A stretch of 64,000 bases of DNA, from the NCBI GenBank assembly GCA_047639455.1, contig JBLINS010000001.1, forward strand, positions 179 to 64,178, written 5' to 3'. Made by a program: the position numbers and the translations under genes. The notes under the pieces were generated by a model. It worked only from the letters and a program-made list of their open reading frames with translations, did not search any database and was not told where the DNA came from. This stretch comes from Candidatus Omnitrophota bacterium (GTDB lineage Bacteria > Omnitrophota > Gorgyraeia > 2-02-FULL-51-18 > JAGOUK01). Numbering within the stretch: the first letter of the stretch is position 1; every line of letters starts with the position of its first letter. Below are positions 1 through 8,583 of the stretch, piece by piece.

Positions 1-2
1 AG

Positions 3-92
3 AATAAATTGATTCACGCACTTTGGGGAGGTAATATGACTTCTATCAAATTAGAAATTATAGAGCTTAAATTTGAAGGGGTCTGTCCATGA
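3..92 (+). CDS. 3' end of a CDS truncated by the window edge (...NKLIHALWGGNMTSIKLEIIELKFEGVCP*)
   Basis: Open frame from position 3 to TGA at 90-92; too short to assign a family. Confidence 0.35.
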   Translation, partial: NKLIHALWGGNMTSIKLEIIELKFEGVCP

Positions 93-484
93 TGCGCTTG
101 GTGACGTCAATTGAACACACTTAAAATTATAATAATTATTGGCTTCTTTGGGGTGTTGTGTGTTGCGTCGTTTGGAGTGGTTTCATAAAGGGGTCAAATC
201 GTAATTTGGCTACATTAACGCTTCGCGTTAAAGTTTTTGTAGAAGCGAACCGATTCCAAATAAAAAAGCGACCGTATAAATGGTCGCTAAACTCTAATGG
301 GTTACCTAGCGCCATCCAGGCGCAACTACCACGATCATGCAGTGATCGTAAGACTCAATCTTCATTTTCCAGTTATTTTTAGTTGTGGCGAGGCGCAAGA
401 ATTTTTTATGCGTGAGCAGTATTGATTTATACGCGAACGCTTCAAAAATTAGCAGCAACGAAGCCACAGTTAAAAAAAGGAAAA

Positions 485-548
485 TGGTAGTGAGTGTGCG
501 ACGAATAAGGAGCACGTGCTACGAACGGGGCCGAGACAGTGAGGCCCC
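485..548. repeat. Structured ~64-nt motif downstream of tmRNA, shared with 52357-52419
   Basis: Reverse complement aligns with 52357-52419 with 8 mismatches and 1 gap; two hairpins. Confidence 0.85.
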
Positions 549-556
549 AATTCTAA

Positions 557-624
557 ACCGCTTCCACCATATTAAAAAAGGCGACCGTAAAAACGGTCGC
601 CTTTTTTAATATGGTGGAAGCGGT
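557..624. terminator. Long perfect inverted repeat/terminator overlapping the tmRNA 3' end
   Basis: 32-bp arms (557-588 / 593-624), AAAA loop, internal A6/T6 tracts. Confidence 0.85.
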
Positions 625-1037
625 GGGAATCGAACCCACGTGTCTACGAACCTCACCTATAGTCTCTACATGCATAGTCGCTCATTTAATCTCACATCAA
701 AGATCTCCGAGCGACAGGATATCGATGATGCCAGCCCTCTTGAATTTCACTCAATAAAGAAAAGGCACCTTTATAGAGCTAACCCGCTAAGTTACGCCAG
801 ATTTCCTGCCGCAGGTGGTCAGAAAGTGACGATGGCTAGTTTATATAGCCATTGGACTCATTACAGGAAGGCGAAAAGCTGGAACCTGAAATGAGTTAAC
901 GCTTGTTGTTTTGGCGTTTATGTTTGTGTAAGGTGTTTTTTTACCCGAGGGTAAATCCGCGAACGGAGAGAGGCCTCCTTACAACCTCTGCATGGCCACT
1001 ATAAGAACGATAGCACAGATCGATACCAGTCGCCCCC
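612..1037 (-). ncRNA. ssrA: tmRNA
   Basis: 5' GGGGGCGACTGGTATCGA; 3' GTGGGTTCGATTCCCACCGCTTCCACCA; internal tag ORF 915..841 after AUAAAC-GCC. Confidence 0.95.
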
Positions 1038-1226
1038 ATATGGAGTAGTTTTGAGTATACTCTAAATAATGCTATTTTTCTAGCTTGAGGTCTGAAGAGA
1101 ATATTTATTCCTAACCTTTTCCATGATTAGTGCAAAAAAATCTCAGATTGCTATGTATTCGTATATCTTGTTACAATAACGGCTTATACATATTAAGTAA
1201 TATAAGTAGAGAATTGGTGAATAATT

Positions 1227-2255
1227 ATGAGTTTTGAATATATACAAAGAATCCCACGCGTTGAAGAAATCAAAGCTGAGATTCCTTTATCGAATGAATT
1301 AATGCAAGTAAAAAAGCAATATGACGCAGATTTGAAAAAGATCTTTTTGGGCGAAGATGATCGATTTTTGCTCATTATAGGCCCATGTTCGGCTGACAAT
1401 GAAGACGCGGTCATTGATTATATGAACCGTTTGCGAGGTGTTTATGAGCGCGTCAAAGAAAAGATTTTTATTATTCCACGGGTTTATACAAATAAGCCTA
1501 GGACCACAGGCGAAGGTTATAAAGGTATGGCGCATCAGCCCGACCCGAATGATAAACCTAATATAGTTGAAGGTCTCAAAGCTATTCGAAGAATGCATGT
1601 TCGAGTATTGGCCGAATCCGGTTTTGCCTCTGCCGACGAAATGTTATACCCAGCTAATTATCCCTATTTAGAAGACATATTGGGTTATGTCGCTGTTGGT
1701 GCTAGATCTGTCGAAAATCAACAACATCGCTTGACTGTGAGTGGATTCGATATTCCTGTCGGTATGAAAAACCCCACTAGTGGCGACTTGACTGTGATGC
1801 TCAATTCTGTCCAAGCGGCACAATTACCACATGAGTTTATTTATTCTGGCTCAGAGGTCAAAACTTCAGGCAATCCATTGGCACACGCAATTTTGAGAGG
1901 TGCCTTTAATAGCTATGGAGTTAATGTCCCTAATTACCACTATGAAGAGGTTGATTGTCTCATGGGTGAATATGTTAAACGCGGATTAGAGCATCCAACG
2001 ATTATTGTTGATTGTAATCATGCTAACTCAGGTAAGAAATACAAAGAGCAGCCTCGTATTGCTAAAGAAATTCTTAATAGTCGTCGTTATTCTGAACAAT
2101 TCAATAAGATGGTTAAGGGATTGTTAATTGAGAGTTATATCGAAGGTGGTGCTCAAAAAGTTGAAGAGGGCACTTACGGTAAATCAATCACTGACCCTTG
2201 TTTGAGCTGGGATGATTCAGAGAAATTAATCTACGAATTAGCTGAATTACTTTAG
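1227..2255 (+). CDS. aroG: DAHP synthase, class I alpha
   Basis: IIGPCS, KPRT, GARS, GMKN, DCNHANS, SITDPCL motifs. Confidence 0.93.
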   Translation: MSFEYIQRIPRVEEIKAEIPLSNELMQVKKQYDADLKKIFLGEDDRFLLIIGPCSADNEDAVIDYMNRLRGVYERVKEKIFIIPRVYTNKPRTTGEGYKGMAHQPDPNDKPNIVEGLKAIRRMHVRVLAESGFASADEMLYPANYPYLEDILGYVAVGARSVENQQHRLTVSGFDIPVGMKNPTSGDLTVMLNSVQAAQLPHEFIYSGSEVKTSGNPLAHAILRGAFNSYGVNVPNYHYEEVDCLMGEYVKRGLEHPTIIVDCNHANSGKKYKEQPRIAKEILNSRRYSEQFNKMVKGLLIESYIEGGAQKVEEGTYGKSITDPCLSWDDSEKLIYELAELL

Positions 2256-2263
2256 GAGTTAAG

Positions 2264-2674
2264 GCGGACGTTTCTAATAACTTAGATAGCAAACGTATTT
2301 TAATCGTTGATGACGATGAAGTTATGGTTAGATCTATCCAAGAAGTTTTGGAATCAGAACCCGATATTAAATATGAATTCGATCACGGCTATGACGGCCA
2401 AGTGGTTGAAGAAAAAATCCAAAGTTTTAAGCCCGATATGGTGATTGTGGATGTATTAATGCCGCATGTGAATGGTTTTCAGGTATGTAAAAATATCAAA
2501 GCCGATAAACAAGCAGAATCTATCAAAATAATTGTCATATCTAGTTTAATGTCCAGGTCTCAAAAAGAAAATGCTCTATCATGGGGTGCGGATTATTTTT
2601 TAGCCAAACCTTTTGATGGACATGTATTAAAAACTCAGGTTAAGAAGTTGTTATTACCAGCAGAAAAACTATAG
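2264..2674 (+). CDS. Single-domain response regulator (REC); start uncertain
   Basis: KRILIVDDDE lies in frame upstream of ATG 2324; PDMVIVDVLMP, GADYFLAKPF. Confidence 0.85.
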   Translation, partial: ADVSNNLDSKRILIVDDDEVMVRSIQEVLESEPDIKYEFDHGYDGQVVEEKIQSFKPDMVIVDVLMPHVNGFQVCKNIKADKQAESIKIIVISSLMSRSQKENALSWGADYFLAKPFDGHVLKTQVKKLLLPAEKL

Positions 2675-2682
2675 GACAATAT

Positions 2683-3318
2683 ATGACTAATCCAATCCGA
2701 CTATTAAACTTATTCACAATCTCCATAATCGCCACTTTTTTATGCACTAATTCATCATTCGCGTCTTCAGAGCCTATAGGCAAGCCGATTTTAGTTAAGG
2801 CTTCCGGACAAGTTTTTGCAGGCAAAACTTTAGTGGACAAAGCGACTGAGTTACCTTTGATATTGAGAAGAGGCGACACGGTTGTGACTGGGCCTAATGG
2901 CAATGCAGAAGTGATTTATAATCAAGTCGTGGGTATGCACTTAGCTCCTAAGACAGTTATCACCATTTCTAATTTTGAACGCGGGGATTATGTTGCACGA
3001 ATCATTAAGGGGAAAATATTGTTTAATTCTCCCGAATTGCCTCAGAATTCAAAGTTCACTGCTACAGCTTATGGAACAGAAATAGAGGCGCGTGGTGCAC
3101 ATTGGTGGGGTAGTTTTAAATATAATACTGATGAAATGAAATTATTAGTTCAAGATGGTGAAATATTTGTTAGGCATTTTGAATCTGGTGAGAATTTTAG
3201 TCTATTGGATGGTCAAGCTGCCGAAATATTGAGCGATCATCGCGTGAGACACCGCCCAGCCAGAAAACCCGAATTAAAACCCCTAAAATTAGCGGTATCC
3301 ATACCAACCACAGTATAA
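2683..3318 (+). CDS. Secreted FecR-domain protein
   Basis: Signal peptide; GDTVVTGPNG, LAPKT, IEARG, V.DGEI FecR-like pattern. Confidence 0.7.
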   Translation: MTNPIRLLNLFTISIIATFLCTNSSFASSEPIGKPILVKASGQVFAGKTLVDKATELPLILRRGDTVVTGPNGNAEVIYNQVVGMHLAPKTVITISNFERGDYVARIIKGKILFNSPELPQNSKFTATAYGTEIEARGAHWWGSFKYNTDEMKLLVQDGEIFVRHFESGENFSLLDGQAAEILSDHRVRHRPARKPELKPLKLAVSIPTTV

Positions 3319-3322
3319 AACT

Positions 3323-3745
3323 ATGAATTCAACCGATGGCGCCTCGCCCATGTTACGTTTGTGGGCCAAAATCATAGATCGCTTTATCGTGCCACTACCC
3401 TTTATTTTAATATGGGTTATAGGTGATATGGCGGGCGCGCTGACGAATAGTATGGTTATCATTATTTTTATATGCGGCGTGATTGTTTTTGGGGTGCAAA
3501 CGTATTTATTGGCCACTTGCGGCCAGACTTTGGGTAAAAAAGTATCCGGCATTCAAATTATTGCGCTAACAACGGGTCGTGATCCTTTCGTAACTAATGT
3601 ATTAATTCGTTCCTGGTTTAATTTTATTCTTTGCCTAATACCAGGCTATTCAATTATAGATAGTTGTTTTATATTTGGATCTGATCGACGATGTTTGCAT
3701 GACATTTTTGCTCAAACAAAAGTTGTTACTTTGTTAAAGAATTAG
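3323..3745 (+). CDS. RDD family membrane protein
   Basis: RLWAKIID, GQTLGKK, RRCLHD. Confidence 0.9.
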   Translation: MNSTDGASPMLRLWAKIIDRFIVPLPFILIWVIGDMAGALTNSMVIIIFICGVIVFGVQTYLLATCGQTLGKKVSGIQIIALTTGRDPFVTNVLIRSWFNFILCLIPGYSIIDSCFIFGSDRRCLHDIFAQTKVVTLLKN

Positions 3746-3754
3746 CTTGGGTTA

Positions 3755-3838
3755 GATTGCGAACAGCAACGAAGCAATCCAAAAGTAATAGTAACCTTTA
3801 GATTGCCGCGTTGCTGCTACGCGCGCCTCGCAATGACG
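3755..3838. repeat. CGTC-type palindromic repeat (REP/RPE-like)
   Basis: GAAGCAATCC ... GATTGCCGCG ... CTCGCAATGACG. Confidence 0.75.
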
Positions 3839-3841
3839 GGC

Positions 3842-4039
3842 CTATCCGGGTGCGCGTCTTGGATCTTCGAGCAAGAGTTTTAGCTCCATATCAGTGGCGC
3901 CAAAGTCTCGCGCGATGCGAACCAATTGCTCGCATTGCTCATAAGCCTCATTTAAAAGGGCATCTCTTAAATAAAGCAACGCGGTCATTTTGACCGGATG
4001 TCTCTTCCAGATCTTATTATTCGGTTTAATTGCTTTCAT
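3842..4039 (-). CDS. Small helical hypothetical protein (65 aa, MKAIKPNN...)
   Basis: Strong RBS AAGGAGG before ATG at 4039; the longer 4216 start runs through a terminator. Confidence 0.75.
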   Translation of the reverse strand: MKAIKPNNKIWKRHPVKMTALLYLRDALLNEAYEQCEQLVRIARDFGATDMELKLLLEDPRRAPG

Positions 4040-4064
4040 ACTTCCTCCTTTTTGGTGTGTGAAC

Positions 4065-4109
4065 AAAAAAAACCCATTATCAAAATTAATATTTTGATAA
4101 TGGGTTTTT
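4065..4109 (-). terminator. Intrinsic terminator in the 5' leader of the 4039 gene
   Basis: 19-bp stem AAAAACCCATTATCAAAAT/ATTTTGATAATGGGTTTTT followed by a U tract on the minus strand. Confidence 0.75.
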
Positions 4110-4395
4110 GGTAAAAAAATTGTTTTTAAATTAGTTAATTTATAATTTTCCTCGCAACCCATTATCCAATGGAATGTGTTTTGTGCACATGCACCATAGA
4201 GCGCACGTATGCACATTCACGGCACCCAATAAGGGTGCTGCTATAATATATTCTGATTTGGATTGTTTGAGTTGTTCTCTATACATTTTTATACCTTGGA
4301 TATATTCTAAGACCAGGCCTTATTGGAGTCAAGTTTTCATTCAAAAGATAGGATTACTCTGATATCATAAGTGTTCACAAAAAAGGGGTATAAAC

Positions 4396-5496
4396 ATGGC
4401 TAAGTTGGACGATATGCTTAAGAAAATAGTTGAACTAGGAGCTTCAGACCTACATTTTTCATCTGATATTGCCGCTATGTGCAGGATAGATGGATCTATG
4501 CAGCTTTTGGAAGAGGGGTCTAAGCCTATACCACCCAATGAAATGCGTGTGTTTTTGAAAGAAGTTTGTACTGAAGAAGCGTGGGCTGAGTTTGAAGAAA
4601 CTCATGATACTGATTTTGCTTATGAAATTGCAGACGTTGGTAGATTTCGGGCCAATTATTTTTATGATAATCGTGGTCCCGGAGGTGTTTTTCGCGTCAT
4701 TCCTTCCAAAATTCCGACGGCTGAAGAGCTTAATCTACCCAAGTCTATTCTAAGATTCTGCGAATTACGCAAGGGTTTGGTTGTTGTGACTGGTCCGACA
4801 GGTAGTGGCAAGTCAACCACCTTGGCCGCCATGATGGATCATATATTAAAAACGCGCACTGACCATATCATCACAATTGAAGATCCTATTGAATTTGTGT
4901 ATCCCAGTGGTAAGAGTTTGGTTAATCAGCGGCAAGTTGGTAAACATACGGGTAGTTTTAAGCGCGCTCTACGCGCGGCATTGCGTGAAGATCCGGATAT
5001 TGTACTGGTTGGCGAAATGCGCGATTTGGAAACAGTCGAAATAGCTATAGAAACAGCGGAGACAGGCCACTTGGTTTTTGGTACTTTGCATACAACTACG
5101 GCCTCATCGACGATTAATCGCATTGTTGATCAATTTCCGGCTGATAGACAAGCTCAAATTAGAACGATGCTGGCTGATTCTCTAAAAGGTGTGGTTGCCC
5201 AAAACTTGTGTAAGAAAGTAGGCGGTGGACGTGTAGCAGCGCTCGAAATATTAGTCACTAATTTGGCGGTTGCAGCCAACATTAGAGAAAGCAAAATTCA
5301 CGCTATTGCTAATGCCATGCAAGTCGGCAGGTCTATAGGTATGCAAACATTGAATGATCACTTAATGGAGCATGTACAGAATAATTTAGTCGAGCCAAAT
5401 GAAGCTTATAGCCGTGCTGCGGATAAAAGTGATATGCAAAATAAACTTAATACGGCTGGTTTTGCTGTTGATGCCAGCGGGCTCAATGAAGCGTAG
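4396..5496 (+). CDS. pilT: Type IV pilus retraction ATPase
   Basis: ASDLH, GPTGSGKSTT, TIEDPIE, LREDPD, GEMRD, ETGHLVFGTLH, GMQT. Confidence 0.95.
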   Translation: MAKLDDMLKKIVELGASDLHFSSDIAAMCRIDGSMQLLEEGSKPIPPNEMRVFLKEVCTEEAWAEFEETHDTDFAYEIADVGRFRANYFYDNRGPGGVFRVIPSKIPTAEELNLPKSILRFCELRKGLVVVTGPTGSGKSTTLAAMMDHILKTRTDHIITIEDPIEFVYPSGKSLVNQRQVGKHTGSFKRALRAALREDPDIVLVGEMRDLETVEIAIETAETGHLVFGTLHTTTASSTINRIVDQFPADRQAQIRTMLADSLKGVVAQNLCKKVGGGRVAALEILVTNLAVAANIRESKIHAIANAMQVGRSIGMQTLNDHLMEHVQNNLVEPNEAYSRAADKSDMQNKLNTAGFAVDASGLNEA

Positions 5497-6475
5497 TCTC
5501 ACAGTCCTTCTATTGGGACTACTAAGCATTAGCAATATAGGCTCAGCTAATGCCGAAATGGTTGCTCCAAATGATTTTGGGGATAGGCACTTATTAATTT
5601 CTCGTAATGCAAGCCTAGCCTTGAAGCTCAACCATCCCAAGGACAGGGCTGAGGTTGTTCTAAAAGACCTGACGAATAGATTGCGCAAGCGTCTTAAAAA
5701 AGCCAAAACACCACAACAAATCATTGATGCCATGGCTTGGGTTGTATTCAAGGACGCCGGATTTGAAGCGGATTTTAGCGCTGCGGCTAATGCTGACTTA
5801 GATAATGTTTTGTTTCACCGAGTTTTGGAGCGAAAAAAAGGTGTTTGTATGAGCCTGAGCTTAATATACATAACATTAGCACAACGTTTGGACTTACCTA
5901 TATACGGCGTGTCCGTACCCGACCATTTTTTTGCACGTTATGACGATGGCGTGACACAGATTAATATAGAAACTTTAAAAAATGGTCAAATTGTTGGCGG
6001 TGATGACATTTATCGCCGTGATTTTTATATACGTGACGGTGAGCCATTTTATATGGAAAATTTGAGCAAAGAACAAACAACGGGTGTTGTGCTTTCGAAT
6101 TTGGGTGCTATATTTTTGAGAGAAGATAGGGCTGGAGATGCTATTTATTTCTTAGAAGGCGCTAAGTCGCTTAACCCTACAGATGTTGAGTCTTATACTA
6201 ATTTGGGCATGGCGTATTCACGCGCTGATAGATACGATGATGCCAAGCAAGAGTTTTTGGGTGCGGTGGCATTAAACGGTTATGATGATAAGGCCCATTA
6301 TCAATTAGCGAACCTTTTTTATTCTGAGCAGAACTATGAATTGGCGATTATGCATTATGATCAATCCTTGAGATTAGGTCATATTGTTGACTATGTTTTA
6401 TTACGTGCATTAGAACCTCACCGAAAGGATAGTTTAGTCAAAGCAGCATCACCCGATGGTGCAGGCATTTCTTGA
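5486..6475 (+). CDS. Secreted transglutaminase-like (SirB1/Transglut_core2) + TPR protein
   Basis: Signal peptide from ATG 5486; KKGVCMSLSLIY, VPDHFFARY, C-terminal TPRs. Confidence 0.8.
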   Translation: MKRSLTVLLLGLLSISNIGSANAEMVAPNDFGDRHLLISRNASLALKLNHPKDRAEVVLKDLTNRLRKRLKKAKTPQQIIDAMAWVVFKDAGFEADFSAAANADLDNVLFHRVLERKKGVCMSLSLIYITLAQRLDLPIYGVSVPDHFFARYDDGVTQINIETLKNGQIVGGDDIYRRDFYIRDGEPFYMENLSKEQTTGVVLSNLGAIFLREDRAGDAIYFLEGAKSLNPTDVESYTNLGMAYSRADRYDDAKQEFLGAVALNGYDDKAHYQLANLFYSEQNYELAIMHYDQSLRLGHIVDYVLLRALEPHRKDSLVKAASPDGAGIS

Positions 6476-7053
6476 AAAACAAACCACCCAAGCGTCAGTT
6501 TTTTGATTCCAAATATATATCCAACGAAAAACGTCAGTCGACTCTCTTACTTTGCATTCTCATTTGGTCCATTATTGTCTATTTAATTTGTAGCCAATGG
6601 GTTCTAGGTTCTATTAGCATTGATGGAAACAGCATGTCGCCAACTTTAGCGCATGGCGACTTTTATATTTTTCATCGTTGGGTCTATAAGATCAAGAAGC
6701 CTAAGCGAGGGGATGTGGTTGTTATCAAAGATCCTAATGATGGCATTATTTCGATCAAGCGCGTCATAGGGCTACCGGATGAAATCATTCAATTCAAGAA
6801 CTCTTCTGTGTATATCAATGCTCATAAGCTTAAAGAGCCGCATTTGGGTGTCGGCCAAGTCACGTCCCCAGGACGTCTGACAAGTAAGCAGTACAAAATT
6901 GCACCCAATGCTTATTTTGTTTTGGGTGATAATCGTAATGAAAGTTATGATAGCCGCGATATAGGTGCCATTAGTCAGCATTATGTATTAGGCAAAATCA
7001 ATCATGCTACTGAAGAGGATTGGATTACCAATAGTTTAGATGCCCAAAAATAA
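6472..7053 (+). CDS. lepB: Signal peptidase I
   Basis: GNSMSPTL, IKRVIGLP, GDNRNESYDSR. Confidence 0.92.
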   Translation: MKNKPPKRQFFDSKYISNEKRQSTLLLCILIWSIIVYLICSQWVLGSISIDGNSMSPTLAHGDFYIFHRWVYKIKKPKRGDVVVIKDPNDGIISIKRVIGLPDEIIQFKNSSVYINAHKLKEPHLGVGQVTSPGRLTSKQYKIAPNAYFVLGDNRNESYDSRDIGAISQHYVLGKINHATEEDWITNSLDAQK

Positions 7054-8533
7054 AGCCAATCAATATATCCTTGCCCTAGATTGTGGCACAACAGGTAATC
7101 GAGCCATTATTTTTGATTCGAAGCTTAGAATCAAGGCCCAGGCCTACCAAGAATTCACACAATATTTTCCGGAGTCAGGGTGGGTTGAACACGATGCCGA
7201 AGAAATATGGCTCTCTGTTAAAAAAGTTATTAAAGCAGCGCTTAAAAAATGCCCACAAAATAAGTTAACGAGCATGGGTATAACGAACCAAAGAGAGACA
7301 TTGGTGATTTGGGATAAACAAACAGGCCAACCCGCTATGCGAGCCATTGTTTGGCAATGTCGCCGCACAACTGACTTATGCATGCGAATGAAGAAAAAAG
7401 GTTTGGATAAAAAGCTGCATCAAAAGACGGGTTTATTTTTGGACCCTTATTTTTCCGGATCCAAAATTAAATGGGCTGTCGAAAAATACCCCAAATTAAA
7501 ACAAGGTTTGCAATCAGGTAGGCTTCTACTCGGCACAATTGATACTTGGATTATCTGGAAGCTAACTCAGGGCCAAAGTTATGTAACTGACCCGACGAAT
7601 GCATCGCGAACATTATTATTTGATATACATAAGGGAGCCTGGGACAAGGATTTATGTCGACTATTTAAGGCACCCATTAAGTATCTTCCGAGTGTTTTGC
7701 CATCATGTGGTATTTTTGGCAAAACATCTAAAAAAACCATCGGCATCGAACTCATAATTGCAGGGGTTGCCGGAGATCAACAAGCTGCTGCGTTTGCTCA
7801 AGGATGCTCACCTCAAGGCGTTGTTAAGAATACCTATGGCACGGGTTTGTTTGTTATGGCGGATACGGGTTTTAGGGCCAAGATAGCACCTGATTTAGTG
7901 ACGACTATAGCCGCTTCAGATAATAAACGCCTTAAATACGCTATTGAGGGATCTGTATTTGTAGGCGGTTCTGCCATTCAATGGTTACGAGATGGATTAC
8001 AAATTATTCAATCAGCTAGCCAATCCGAATCAATCGCTAAACAATTACCAGATAATCAAGATTTGTACTTTGTGCCTGCATTGGCGGGTTTAGGCTGTCC
8101 ACACTGGGATCCTAATGCAAGAGGTTTGCTCATAGGTATGACGCGTCGCACCAATCAGGCTCATGTGGTGAGAGCTGCATTGGAATCGATGGCTTATCAA
8201 ACGCGTGATGTTTTAGAGGTGCTTAATCGCAAACTCAAATTACCTATTAAGCGTTTAAGGGTTGACGGTGGAGCTGCAGCAAATAATTGGTTAATGCAAT
8301 TTCAGGCTGATGTCTTAGGTTGCGAAGTTGAACGGCCCAAGATTATCGAAACGACCGCTCTTGGAGCAGTAGCCTTAGCTGGTATAGCCAGCGGGGTTTG
8401 GAAAGATCAAAAAGATTTTTTAACCCACATTAAAATAGACAAAGTCTTCAAGCCCAAAATGACGGCTACCCAACGTAACCGCTTATACGCCAAGTGGACT
8501 GAGGCCGTTAAACGCTCACTCAATTGGGCTTAG
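7040..8533 (+). CDS. glpK: Glycerol kinase
   Basis: ALDCGTT, GWVEHD, GITNQRET, AGDQQAA, KNTYGTG, DGGA. Confidence 0.95.
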   Translation: MPKNKANQYILALDCGTTGNRAIIFDSKLRIKAQAYQEFTQYFPESGWVEHDAEEIWLSVKKVIKAALKKCPQNKLTSMGITNQRETLVIWDKQTGQPAMRAIVWQCRRTTDLCMRMKKKGLDKKLHQKTGLFLDPYFSGSKIKWAVEKYPKLKQGLQSGRLLLGTIDTWIIWKLTQGQSYVTDPTNASRTLLFDIHKGAWDKDLCRLFKAPIKYLPSVLPSCGIFGKTSKKTIGIELIIAGVAGDQQAAAFAQGCSPQGVVKNTYGTGLFVMADTGFRAKIAPDLVTTIAASDNKRLKYAIEGSVFVGGSAIQWLRDGLQIIQSASQSESIAKQLPDNQDLYFVPALAGLGCPHWDPNARGLLIGMTRRTNQAHVVRAALESMAYQTRDVLEVLNRKLKLPIKRLRVDGGAAANNWLMQFQADVLGCEVERPKIIETTALGAVALAGIASGVWKDQKDFLTHIKIDKVFKPKMTATQRNRLYAKWTEAVKRSLNWA

Positions 8534-8583
8534 TAATATTATAAATACATAGCTGGATTACTGTAGTGGCGTGTGAACAAGCG

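Noticed and set aside
3-92. RAYT/Y1 transposase call for the edge CDS
   Set aside because: Only 29 residues are visible, with no HUH or catalytic Tyr motif.
158-609. Short ORFs 158-382, 306-515 and 385-609
   Set aside because: They run through hairpins and repeats, have no RBS, and show no recognisable motifs.
640-894. 84-aa plus-strand ORF
   Set aside because: Antisense to tmRNA; no protein features.
4140-4242. TPP riboswitch
   Set aside because: Only superficial GGAUAAUG...GCGAGG similarity; CUGAGA and ACCUGAU are missing. Kept as an orphan leader instead.
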